The translations under genes were made by a program, and so were the position numbers. From assembly GCA_050011875.1 (NCBI GenBank), contig JBEKIG010000004.1:96001-160000 (forward strand): a stretch of 64,000 bases of DNA. The letters are read 5' to 3'. The notes below the pieces were generated by a model. It saw only the letters and a program-made list of their open reading frames with translations. It was not told the DNA's origin and did not search any database. This stretch comes from Nitrososphaeria archaeon. GTDB taxonomy: Archaea; Thermoproteota; Nitrososphaeria; JACIWG01. Below, one piece after another: positions 28,828 to 38,206 of this stretch. Position 1 is the first letter of the stretch; the number at the start of each line of letters is the position of its first letter.

Positions 28828-29537
28828 TTGAAATGAGCTTTTGGCGAATTACCTTGAAAAGGAGTGTCCGTCTTAGCAGAACCTACATCATTCTTGGCGT
28901 TGTAATGTCTATCTTCGGGACGATTCTATCAAACATACTGACTCTGATCCCAGTCAATTCTGCTTATCCTGTCAGCGCGCCAAGTGAGTTGACTAACAAT
29001 TTTCCTTTTCTCTCAGTTGCTTTTCTTTCGCTTTCAGCACTGCTTTTTTCTCTACCTGTGGTAATGCTCTTCGTATATGATAAGAATAATGGAATCTTTG
29101 AGTATCTTCTCTCAACCGGCCTTGACCAGCTTGACATCTTTAAGGCTTATGTTAAAGCTTCACTGTTGCTAGCGGCCTGTCTCCTAGCCTTTTCAAGCGT
29201 CCTCAACACTTCTATAGGAATCTATTTGGGAACCAGCTTAGGATTGCTGACCAGTATCACTGTTCTAACGTTTGCTATTGGTTTCTCAGTTGTTTTTCTC
29301 GTTACCGTCTCTATGATGGCTTTCAGTTCCATGCAGAAAACGCCTACTGGGGCTAATCAGCCTCTAGGAGTCATCATTGGAATCATTCCTGTGTTTCCAG
29401 CTTTAATCTTGCCACTGGTCTTTCCTTCATATGCCTTAGTCATTGACATCTCAATTGCTGCTGTAACCCTGCTCGGGTCGATTGTATTACTTCTTTCCAT
29501 TGATAGGTTTATCCTTAGGGAGAAGCTACTGCCCTGA
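28824..29537 (+). CDS. ABC exporter permease
   Basis: 6 TM, YDKNNGIFEYLLS; GTGA overlap with the ATPase. Confidence 0.8.
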   Translation: MIEMSFWRITLKRSVRLSRTYIILGVVMSIFGTILSNILTLIPVNSAYPVSAPSELTNNFPFLSVAFLSLSALLFSLPVVMLFVYDKNNGIFEYLLSTGLDQLDIFKAYVKASLLLAACLLAFSSVLNTSIGIYLGTSLGLLTSITVLTFAIGFSVVFLVTVSMMAFSSMQKTPTGANQPLGVIIGIIPVFPALILPLVFPSYALVIDISIAAVTLLGSIVLLLSIDRFILREKLLP

Positions 29538-29702
29538 AGGAGCCTATTCTCTTGGAGACTTTACAAAAAAAATAGATTTCAGTAATTGGCTTAGTAGATG
29601 TAGAAGATAGTTAACACGGCTTACCATGGTTCACTTGATTCACTTGGTAAACCGCTTTGAAACTTTTAAAAACTTATAAGAAAATCCAGCAAGTGAATAT
29701 TT

Positions 29703-30473
29703 ATGGAAGACATAGAAGAAGATAATGGATCTCAAATTAGCAAATCTGAAAGAGTAGCGCTGGTCTCAGGGTCGACGAATAATGTTGGAAAGGGTGTAGC
29801 TGAAATACTGTCTAAAGACGGATTCCTTGTTGTTGTCACTTCCCGACATGAGGATGAAGCTAAAGAGGTAGCTGATCATCTTTCCAAGAAAGGTGATTAT
29901 TACCAAGTCGATTTTTCTAATGCGGAACAGATAACTAGTCTCTTCTCATTTCTTAAGAAAAAATACGGAAGACTAGATGTTCTCGTGAATAATGTTGCTT
30001 ACACGAAAAACGAATCGATTATGGATTGTACCCTTGAAACTTGGGAATACACGATCAACACAAATCTCAGAAGTTACTATCTATGTACGCGATATGCAGC
30101 GGAAATAATGAAAGAGCATGGCGGAGGAAATATAATTAACATTACCATATCAAGGAATCGAGGAATCAAAAATAAGTTCTCTTACTCGGTAAGCAAAGGC
30201 GGGGTCAACTCTCTGACCATGAGTGCTGCAGTAGATCTTGCCCCCTTCAATATTAGGGTTAATGCGATAAGCATTGGTCCCACCGGTACGCCAGTAGGAC
30301 AAAAAGACTATCCTGAGAGAACTAGAAGATATGAAAGTCCCGAGATTCCAGCAGGACATATAGGCGATCCTTCAGATATCGCCAATATAGTGTCATTTCT
30401 GGTATCCGAGAAAGCTCGATACATATATGGAGCTATTCTAGCCGTCGATGGTGGGTCAAGCATTTCACATTAG
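29703..30473 (+). CDS. Short-chain dehydrogenase/reductase
   Basis: SGSTNNVG, VNN, YSVSK, VDGG. Confidence 0.87.
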   Translation: MEDIEEDNGSQISKSERVALVSGSTNNVGKGVAEILSKDGFLVVVTSRHEDEAKEVADHLSKKGDYYQVDFSNAEQITSLFSFLKKKYGRLDVLVNNVAYTKNESIMDCTLETWEYTINTNLRSYYLCTRYAAEIMKEHGGGNIINITISRNRGIKNKFSYSVSKGGVNSLTMSAAVDLAPFNIRVNAISIGPTGTPVGQKDYPERTRRYESPEIPAGHIGDPSDIANIVSFLVSEKARYIYGAILAVDGGSSISH

Positions 30474-30675
30474 CGGGAAGAATCAATAACATAAGCTAGC
30501 GCGTTAATAAATGGCTTCTGAAATCCAGTCTTTTGATCTAGCCGGATAAGCCTTAGAAAGACTGGCCACTCAATAATTGTGTCTGATACGAAGTCTTAAC
30601 CTCTAAACTTGACAATTAAGATTCAGCCATGTCTACAGAATCTTGCTGCTTTAGGGGAAACAATAATGGTCTTTC

Positions 30676-30840
30676 GTGAAATTTCGTGAACTTCCCTCAG
30701 ATAGTAACGGTCTCTCAACGATTGAGGCGGAAAAGTGTCTCCAGAGCTTTGCCTCTAACGAAATCCCGGAGAAGAAGACCAACCTTTCATAAAGTTTGTC
30801 TGGGGGATATCGTTCCGCTGACATCAAGCTTCTACAAGAT
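30676..30840 (+). pseudogene. Heavily deleted P-type ATPase relic
   Basis: GLSTIEAEKCLQSFASNEIPEKK (N-terminus) joined to GDIVP/ADIKLL (actuator domain), with stop and frameshift. Confidence 0.6.
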
Positions 30841-30917
30841 CCTTTTTTAAAAGACACCTGAAAGAAAGTCCACGTTCTATTGCTCTCCTAAAAGTATGAA
30901 ATTGCAAAATCTCATAG

Positions 30918-31682
30918 TCATGATGACATTTTCTCGAGCGACCTCAATCCCCACAGGAATAGGAGGATTGCAAGTACGATGATGATGGTGAACCCCTCTA
31001 CGATTTCTACGTTTTGAAAATTCCCAGCAAATAATGCGCGGGCCGCATTAACTGCGTATGAGAATGGGTTAGCCTTCGCAAGATCTTGAAGCCAGATAGG
31101 GGCAAGCGCTAGAGGAAGGATAATACCCGCCAGCAGAGAAACAGGAAGTGTTATTGTGTTCAACGTAGGAGCGAGAGGGTCCTCAATTTTGTATATAAGA
31201 GCAAAACCGTATGACATAGATGCCATAGTAACTCCAGTCAAAGCGTATAACAATAACGAGAGCAAAAATCCGCCTACATTTACACTCAGCCCAAAGGGGA
31301 TAGCAACTAATGTAATCAAAACACATTGAATGATAAGTACTACCGCATCCCTCAAAACCCTACCTAAAAGAATTGCCGGGCGTTTCACGGGAGTTACTAA
31401 AAACCGTTCTATTACTCCTGTTCTAATATCATCGATAAGTGAGAATCCCACGAACGCTGAGCCGAAGAGCGCTTGCATGACTAAAAGCCCGGGGATGAAA
31501 ACCTCAACTGTCTTACCCGCTGGTATACCTGGAACACTACCGAGACCATTCAGGAGCGGCATAAACAAGAACAAGTACAGAAGGGGCTGGAACATACTCA
31601 CGAAGATGAAAACGGGACTCCTAAGCGTGTGCTGCATGTTGCGGATGAACATTAATCTTGTGTCCCGTAACATTTTCATCAT
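30918..31682 (-). CDS. ABC-2 type permease (DrrB-like)
   Basis: FIPGLL, GVIERFLVTPV, NPFSYAV. Confidence 0.9.
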   Translation of the reverse strand: MMKMLRDTRLMFIRNMQHTLRSPVFIFVSMFQPLLYLFLFMPLLNGLGSVPGIPAGKTVEVFIPGLLVMQALFGSAFVGFSLIDDIRTGVIERFLVTPVKRPAILLGRVLRDAVVLIIQCVLITLVAIPFGLSVNVGGFLLSLLLYALTGVTMASMSYGFALIYKIEDPLAPTLNTITLPVSLLAGIILPLALAPIWLQDLAKANPFSYAVNAARALFAGNFQNVEIVEGFTIIIVLAILLFLWGLRSLEKMSS

Positions 31683-32662
31683 TTTCTCTCATCCTCCCTC
31701 AGTGAACGGCCAGTGTACTTTAAGAAGACATCATCTAGACTTGGCCTGGACAACATTATGCCCTGCACCTCTAGGCTTTTTGTATCGAATGATCGCAGGA
31801 GGTCAGGCAACATTCTCTCTCCATCTTTAATGTATAGATAGACTGAATTGTTGTTGGTTTGAATTTTCTCCACCTGAATCTTCTCGGTTAACAAAGTTTC
31901 AGCATTGCGAGCGGTCTCCTCTGATGGAAAACTAAAAACTATCGTATCGCCGCCAACGTTGCTTTTCAACTCCCCTGGCGTTCCAGTCACAATAATTTTT
32001 CCGTTATCTATGATCGATATTGTGTCGCAGAGCTTGTCAGCTTCATCCATATATTGGGTGGTTAAAAATATGGTAACTCCTTCAGCTTTCAGTTTTTTTA
32101 TTTCTTCCCACAGATACGCTCTACTTTGTGGATCAAGACCTGATGTCGGCTCATCGAGAAGAAGTAGTTGTGGATGGTGAATCATCCCAAGCGCTACATC
32201 TAGGCGACGCTTTTGGCCCCCAGAATAGGATGAGGCCGGCCTCCCTATGAATGAACTCATCTGGAAACGCTCCACGAATTCGGCCGCGTATTTCTTTGCA
32301 GTCAAAGTATCTGAGCCATACAGGAGAGCTTGGAGTACTAGGTTCTCAAGACCTGTAGCACCTAAATCAGCTCCGCCGGCTTGGCTCACACATCCAACGT
32401 TCTGTCTAATCTGTTCCTGCTGTTCTGCTAAGTCATATCCAAGGACCTTAGCTTCTCCCCCAGTCGGACACAGCAATGTAGAAAGCATTTTCTGTGTGGT
32501 AGACTTACCAGCACCATTGGGACCAAGAAAACCGAAGATTTCCCCTTTCCTAACAGTGAGATCTATACCCTTAACTGCTTCTACCTCTTTTTTCCCGCCC
32601 CTCTCTTTAGAAATGAAAGTCTTTCGGAGCCCTTTTGTTTCAATTACCAAATCTCCAACCAT
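31679..32662 (-). CDS. ABC ATP-binding protein (DrrA-like)
   Basis: GPNGAGKST, YSGGQ, LDEPT, PSLDDVFL. Confidence 0.92.
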   Translation of the reverse strand: MVGDLVIETKGLRKTFISKERGGKKEVEAVKGIDLTVRKGEIFGFLGPNGAGKSTTQKMLSTLLCPTGGEAKVLGYDLAEQQEQIRQNVGCVSQAGGADLGATGLENLVLQALLYGSDTLTAKKYAAEFVERFQMSSFIGRPASSYSGGQKRRLDVALGMIHHPQLLLLDEPTSGLDPQSRAYLWEEIKKLKAEGVTIFLTTQYMDEADKLCDTISIIDNGKIIVTGTPGELKSNVGGDTIVFSFPSEETARNAETLLTEKIQVEKIQTNNNSVYLYIKDGERMLPDLLRSFDTKSLEVQGIMLSRPSLDDVFLKYTGRSLREDERK

Positions 32663-32890
32663 GTTGAGTCACCTATGAACTATGCATCCAATTCCATCGC
32701 GTATATATGCACTTCTTAGCAAATCGTAGAGATTATGATAAATAATCCCCATCAACAAGGATTTCTTTCTCGTACTACCGTATTTCTCCCAGATTTCTGG
32801 AACCTCCCGTCACTCTGCTTCAACATTGGTCTCAAAATATTCGTAAGGCATAGTGATTAGGTATTGATCGAAGAGATGCTAGTCAATCGG

Positions 32891-32928
32891 TAAGCTGTAG
32901 GTCGTGGGTTCAAATCCCACCGGGCCCG
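32891..32928 (+). mobile_element. Orphan tRNA 3' half (Arg-like); probable att site, alternatively a split-tRNA half
   Basis: TAA-GCTGT-AGGTC-GTGGG-TTCAAAT-CCCAC-CGGGCCC-G; no 5' half nearby. Confidence 0.7.
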
Positions 32929-33021
32929 CCTATATGAGCTTATCTAAAAAATCTATATGTTATGATTAAAGACACTTTAACTTAGATAAACGAGTTAACG
33001 ATTTCAAAGCTGCAAATCGTT

Positions 33022-33207
33022 TTGATTGTGCTAAATTTAATAATGGAGTACCTCGAGCAGACTGCTGTGGAATCTATGGTTCATAATGTTTGGCAGGGGG
33101 AAGATCCTGATGCCATAGATGAGAAGGTCAAGCAGCTGAAAGAAAGCGACATCGTTCTTACATTGGCGTCAACTAGACTTTTTGAAGGCGTGGATATACA
33201 AGTGTAG
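33022..33207 (+). pseudogene. Probable C-terminal gene fragment just upstream of the MFS gene
   Basis: Short protein-like frame ending 5 nt before the MFS start, about 90 nt after the att-like site. Confidence 0.35.
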
Positions 33208-33212
33208 CAGAG

Positions 33213-34481
33213 ATGGAGCAGCAAAGGCAGTCCTATCCCTATTCATGGATCGTTCTGAGCGCAATATTCCTAGACTTTTTCCTTTACTGGTTCCAGCGTT
33301 CTGACATATCCACCGTCATACCGGCTCTGATTACTACCTATCATTGGGACCCGGCGACCGTAGGATGGTTAAATTCAGCTTTGATTTGGTCATATGCTGT
33401 GATGCAGATTCCATTTGGTTACGTGAGCGAGCGATGGCTGGGGGCAAAGACAACGATTTTATTTGGCACGCTTCTCATGGTCGTGGGGGCTGTGCTCTTC
33501 GGTATATTTCTACCCAGCATAGAGTTGAGTATTATTCTAAGGGTTCTGATAGGTGCGGGTGCAGCAGCTATCCTTGTCCCCGCAAATTCGATGTTCGCCA
33601 GATGGTTCTCTTCCTCAAGACGCGGAATTCAAACTGCCATACTGTTCGCCGGTGCACAGGTAGGCATGATATCGGCAAGCTTGTTAATGCCCGTATTGTT
33701 GGGCGGGTCAACTCGTCTGCTAGGTTTGTCATCAGCCCAATCCGCCTTCCTGCTAGTAGGCTTGCCCGTAATTCTTGCCTTACCTATTGTATTCCGATTC
33801 ACGCACAACACGCCTGAGGACATCGGGCTTCCACCAATTGCCGGACAGTTATCTGAGGCGAGAAAGGGAGAAAGCGATGGGGAATCGACAGGATCCGTCC
33901 TTAGGCATTCGCTGTCCCCGTACATCCTTACCCTAGTATACGTTGGGTTCATAGGAGGTTCCAGCATCAGTGTGTGGCTGACACTATACTTCGTGAAGGT
34001 GTACAACATGGATAATGTAATGGCCGCGTTTCTCTTCACCATGATAGCGCTTGTACCCCCACTTCTGGGACAACCTCTAGCCGGGTTGCTGGGAGACCGC
34101 ATAGGTCACAGGAAGGTTGTCGTCTATTCACTCTTGGGTTCGGTACTCACCATAGCTTTAGTCACTTCCCTGATCGCCCTGTATAGAACCATCCCACTTC
34201 AGTACGCAATCGGCCTACTCGTACTCTTCTTTGTGCTTACGTCAGGCCTAGTCAACGCTTGGCCACTGACAACCGAGCTGTTCACACCGAAGGTTGCAGG
34301 CACTGTCTCTGGGATAATGAATACGGGAGGAAATCTCGCTGTGGCAATCGTGGCGGTAGTGACTGGTTACTTCATTGCTTCCGACCCGTCATTCATCTCA
34401 GTCTTCGCCATCGGTACCCTTGTGACACTTCTAGGTCTGGTGGCTTCGCTGTTCCTGCCCTCGAAAAAGGTTGCAGCCTAA
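33213..34481 (+). CDS. MFS transporter
   Basis: About 12 TM, motif A (GYVSERWLGAK; GLLGDRIGHRK), ARWF...RG; visibly GC-richer than its flanks. Confidence 0.9.
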   Translation: MEQQRQSYPYSWIVLSAIFLDFFLYWFQRSDISTVIPALITTYHWDPATVGWLNSALIWSYAVMQIPFGYVSERWLGAKTTILFGTLLMVVGAVLFGIFLPSIELSIILRVLIGAGAAAILVPANSMFARWFSSSRRGIQTAILFAGAQVGMISASLLMPVLLGGSTRLLGLSSAQSAFLLVGLPVILALPIVFRFTHNTPEDIGLPPIAGQLSEARKGESDGESTGSVLRHSLSPYILTLVYVGFIGGSSISVWLTLYFVKVYNMDNVMAAFLFTMIALVPPLLGQPLAGLLGDRIGHRKVVVYSLLGSVLTIALVTSLIALYRTIPLQYAIGLLVLFFVLTSGLVNAWPLTTELFTPKVAGTVSGIMNTGGNLAVAIVAVVTGYFIASDPSFISVFAIGTLVTLLGLVASLFLPSKKVAA

Positions 34482-34919
34482 GCCAGTGAAAATTAACACC
34501 TACAGATCAAATGGCAAGGATAAAAGAACTTATTTATGAGATTAAATAAACATGGCCCTTCAAATACTATCTATCCTAACTTTTTCCTTGATTTGAAGCA
34601 ATTAGGAAGGAGAAAGATTTTCCTAAAATATTCTAATAGGAAGTAGATCAAAGACAGCATTGCCTTTTTTTATTAAATTGTCTTTCTCTAAGGAACGAAC
34701 CTATGACCAAATTATCAAGAACGCAGACAAGGGATCTATACAATCTTCTCTCAAAACATTTTTAGATATAGCCAAGACTCCCTCCAGAAAGCCAACAGGA
34801 GTACAAAAACAAATCTTAAACGCCTTAAATCACAATATAGAATAATGTGTCCTCTACAATAAGGACAAGCCGACAGAGCAGATGACGATAGTCAAGGAAG
34901 CAAAGATCAAAGCCTTGAA

Positions 34920-35060
34920 GCAAAAAAAACATATTCTGGCATCGGTTAATCCGTTGGTTTTGGGATGATTAAGGAAAGCTATTACTACTTCACTATCTTT
35001 GTATTCTTTAAATCTTACTTTTGCTTGTTCTACTCTTTTTCTATAATTATGTATATCCAT
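34920..35060 (-). pseudogene. N-terminal stub of an archaeal tyrosine integrase beside a tRNA
   Basis: MDIHNYRKRVEQAK...IAFLNH...GLTDARI begins about 40 nt after the tRNA-Ser(GGA) 3' end; no catalytic domain. Confidence 0.6.
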
Positions 35061-35100
35061 CTGACTATTAGAAGGACAGGGCGTCATACAACCATAAGAG

Positions 35101-35204
35101 CGCCGGAAGGGGGAGTTGAACCCCCATGACTCTTTCGAGTCAATGGCTTTCAGTCAATCCTGTCGATTCCAGGCCATCGCCCTACCAGGTTAGGCGATCC
35201 CGGC
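35101..35204 (-). tRNA. tRNA-Ser(GGA) with 18-nt intron (35149-35166)
   Basis: GCCGGGA/TTCCGGC acceptor, ATGGC-CTGGAA..A-GCCAT, variable arm TGACTC-GAAA-GAGTCA, GGGGG-TTCAACT-CCCCC, G73. Confidence 0.9.
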
Positions 35205-35456
35205 ACTAGTACACCTAACACATTTTTACTGGTCTTTACTGTTACTTTAAGAGGCGAAGTGGTGGGTATAAAACTTTTTTAGAGGCGTCTAGAAAAACAG
35301 CGCGTCTAAAGTATCCTGATTCACTCAGAAGCTTGAGCTTCAACTTCACCTAAGGCTGTCGCACTGGCTGGTGGGGCTGTTATTGTGCTCACATATTCGC
35401 CTATCATTTGAACATCTATGGTACAGCCCATCTCCTGTAGTTTTTTTATAGCACTT

Positions 35457-36392
35457 TCAGTCAATAATCCTTTTAATTTGCTTCAGTTCTTTTAGGGTTG
35501 GAGAAAGTTTTAACAGGATGTGGTCTACTCCTGAGTTTTCGAGGTTTTTAATCTTCTGAACTACTGTCTCTGGAGAACCTATTAACCCTGTATTCAAGAC
35601 TCGCTCCAGCCTTTTCTTGTCTCCGTGCATTTGCGTCATATGTTCTATGGCTATTTTGTCAGTTTCCCTAATTAGAGTATCGGCGGGAACACCATACTGT
35701 AACTTGCTTCTTCCTTTCTTTTTCAAACGTTCGTTCATGTCATTAATGTTCTTTTGTACTTCTTCAACGGTACTTTCATTCATGAGCCAGCCGTCAACTT
35801 CTTCGGCAGCAAGGTTTCGGGAGGCTTCTGTCACTCCTCCGTACCAGATACGTGGAATAGGATTTGGCTTTGGTTCAAGAACTCCGTTTTCTATCTGATA
35901 GTACTTTCCCTTGAAGGTTACCCCATCTTCTTTCCATAACTTTTTGATGATCTGAATTGCTTCTTTTGTTCGAGTTATACGTTCGTCATGTTCGTAGAAG
36001 GGTAATCCGTAAGCCTCGTATTCACGTTTGAACCATCCAGCTCCGATACTAAGCCAGAACCTGCCATTGCTTATCTCGTTTAGTGCGACAATTTGCTTTG
36101 CCAGAACAGCTGGATAACGGAAAGCTTCACAGAGGGTTGTGTGAGCTATGGTCACCTTCTTTGTTACTTCAGCAATGGCTGCTGCAACAGTCCAAGCTTC
36201 TAAGGAAAAAGACGATTCCCCTTTTATTGGATTTAATAAGTGGTCAGGAATCCATAGAGAGTCTATACCTATTTTTTCTGCTTCAATTGCCACCTGTCTT
36301 ACATAGCTGTATGTAGGTGTTTCCTCTTTTTCGTTGACAGAGGAGCGAATCCATCCGCCATAAACAGGTAAATACAAACCGAACTTAACCAT
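35457..36392 (-). CDS. LLM-class flavin/F420-dependent oxidoreductase
   Basis: WIPDHL, RYPAVLAKQ, GAGWF..EY, LEPKP, GSPETV. Confidence 0.9.
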   Translation of the reverse strand: MVKFGLYLPVYGGWIRSSVNEKEETPTYSYVRQVAIEAEKIGIDSLWIPDHLLNPIKGESSFSLEAWTVAAAIAEVTKKVTIAHTTLCEAFRYPAVLAKQIVALNEISNGRFWLSIGAGWFKREYEAYGLPFYEHDERITRTKEAIQIIKKLWKEDGVTFKGKYYQIENGVLEPKPNPIPRIWYGGVTEASRNLAAEEVDGWLMNESTVEEVQKNINDMNERLKKKGRSKLQYGVPADTLIRETDKIAIEHMTQMHGDKKRLERVLNTGLIGSPETVVQKIKNLENSGVDHILLKLSPTLKELKQIKRIID

Positions 36393-36530
36393 AAATTCTC
36401 ATTAATTGGACTTGTTCCCCATTTCCTATAAATACTTTGAAAATCAAAAACTAACATCGCACAAACTTGAAAAGTTTACCAATTTCAGAACATTATAAAC
36501 TTATAAACGATACGAATAAAATGAGCTATC

Positions 36531-37040
36531 ATGAAAGCAATCATTGTGCTCGTTATGCATGGTGTGCCACCGAATAATTTTCCTCAACGTGAGATGACTG
36601 AACTGTTCAGCTTGCATGCTCGAGTGGAAGGAGTTACGGGGGTGGAGCGCGTGGGGCTTGAACGTCGCCTTCTGGAGCTCGATGCTAAAATGCGCGCGTG
36701 GCCACGTACAGCCCAAAACGATCCTTTCTATGTCGGGTCTCAAGAACTGGCAGCACACCTGAGTGAAGCGACTGGGTGTGAGGTGATCTTGGGATTCAAC
36801 GAATTCTGTGCTCCCAGTCTGGACGATGCGCTGAGTCGTGCCGTAGCACGGGGAGCCGAGAAAGTTATTGTGGTAACACCGATGATGACACGAGGGGGTG
36901 AACACGCCGAAGTGGACATCCCTGCTGCTGTAAAAACCGCGCAAGCACAGCACCCTGAAATTCCGATAACATATGCGTGGCCCTTTAGGGTCTCCGAGGT
37001 GGCGAGTTTTTTAGCCGCACAGATAACAGGTCTCCTTTGA
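36531..37040 (+). CDS. CbiX/SirB-type class II chelatase (single domain)
   Basis: LVMHG, FNEFCAPSL, TPMMTRGGEH..VDIP; GC-richer than its flanks. Confidence 0.8.
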   Translation: MKAIIVLVMHGVPPNNFPQREMTELFSLHARVEGVTGVERVGLERRLLELDAKMRAWPRTAQNDPFYVGSQELAAHLSEATGCEVILGFNEFCAPSLDDALSRAVARGAEKVIVVTPMMTRGGEHAEVDIPAAVKTAQAQHPEIPITYAWPFRVSEVASFLAAQITGLL

Positions 37041-37305
37041 CGAGGAAACTTGTGATACACCGTAAACCTGTGGGGCTATGTATTCGTTGCCTTTGAAGGC
37101 TTGTTCAGAAGAACTCCAAGTTTTCTCAACCAAAGTGTGGAGTTCATCCAGAAGCGAAGTCAACTTTTCGCCTTTAGCAGTAAGGCAGTAGGCTTTAGGC
37201 ACTTTTCTCGGGAGATAATAGCGCTTCCCTTCAAGAAATGACAGTCCTTCTGGAACCTATCATAAGTTGAATGGTTCTGAGACGGAGACCTAGTTATCTC
37301 CATAA
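37011..37305 (-). pseudogene. Degraded winged-helix (HxlR-like) regulator fragment
   Basis: KAYCLTAKGEKLTSLL wing motif; N-terminus disrupted. Confidence 0.4.
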
Positions 37306-37712
37306 TTTTGTTTTACTTGCTGAACAGAATCTCAAATATATAAGAGGTAAAGAGTTTTTAACAATCGAACTCGAACTTTCCTTTCCAGGTTTGACTTAAA
37401 GTTTGAACTGCTAATCATTTTAATCATTAAATCTTATAGGATTACCATAAGATAAATGTCTCTAAAAATGGTCCAATAAAATTCACAGATATCCCAGTAC
37501 AATATTTAGAACCGTAAAACGTGCTAAAGGAAACTGGAAGCTTATTCAGCCCATGAAAGCAAGAGCCTAAACCGTGTACATAAACGACATTTACCTAAAT
37601 AAACCTCCGGAAGGAAAGCGCGTCCAAAGTCATAGGGAAATCAGCGTATAAAATACATATGAATATATATATCTATATTTGTATAGAAACCATGTCTAGA
37701 TATTCTGATATC

Positions 37713-37759
37713 TATAGATTTATGTATAAATATATATAAAATTCATGCACAAATCTATA
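37713..37759. repeat. 19-bp imperfect inverted repeat in an AT-rich tract
   Basis: TATAGATTTATGTATAAAT / ATTCATGCACAAATCTATA (16/19 match), loop ATATATAAA. Confidence 0.6.
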
Positions 37760-37789
37760 AATAGAGGCAAACAACTATAAGTAATCGTA

Positions 37790-37983
37790 TGTCTGCTATA
37801 AAAAGAGCAAAGAAAGGGAAAAGACACTACCCCCCATCCTACTACCGATACAACGAAAAAAACCCGGCATTTTTATCCGGCTTACAAAAAAGAGAAAGGA
37901 AGAATTAGACCAGTACAGGGGAACGATGAGTTATGGAAAGGCTATTGGGACACTGTTGGATATTTTTAAATTAAATAAATAGG
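37790..37983 (+). pseudogene. Frameshifted small DNA-binding (RHH-like) protein of MGE type
   Basis: KRHYPPSYYRYNEKNP / IRLTKKRKEELDQYRGTMSYGKAI across frameshifts. Confidence 0.4.
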
Positions 37984-38206
37984 GATGAGTAAAGAAGTTA
38001 AACTTCAAGAAACAAGTAAATTAAATAAAGATGAGGAGGAACATGAAAAGATCAAGATAGAAGTCATTAAGGACAAAAAATCAGCTGAAGGAGGTGATCA
38101 AGAAGCATCCCTTTAAACTGATATTAAAGCCAGATGATAACTGAAGTAATATAGAACAATAAAACTTTATTAATTGCAAGAATTTCGGTTACAATAGTGA
38201 TTATAT

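Noticed and set aside
32891-33020. Permuted tRNA gene (3' half before 5' half)
   Set aside because: No GGGCCCG-initiated 5' half follows the 3' half.
35145-35175. Alternative splice at 33/34 that would give a UGA anticodon
   Set aside because: No BHB geometry supports that position, and a Ser(TGA) gene already exists at 26494.
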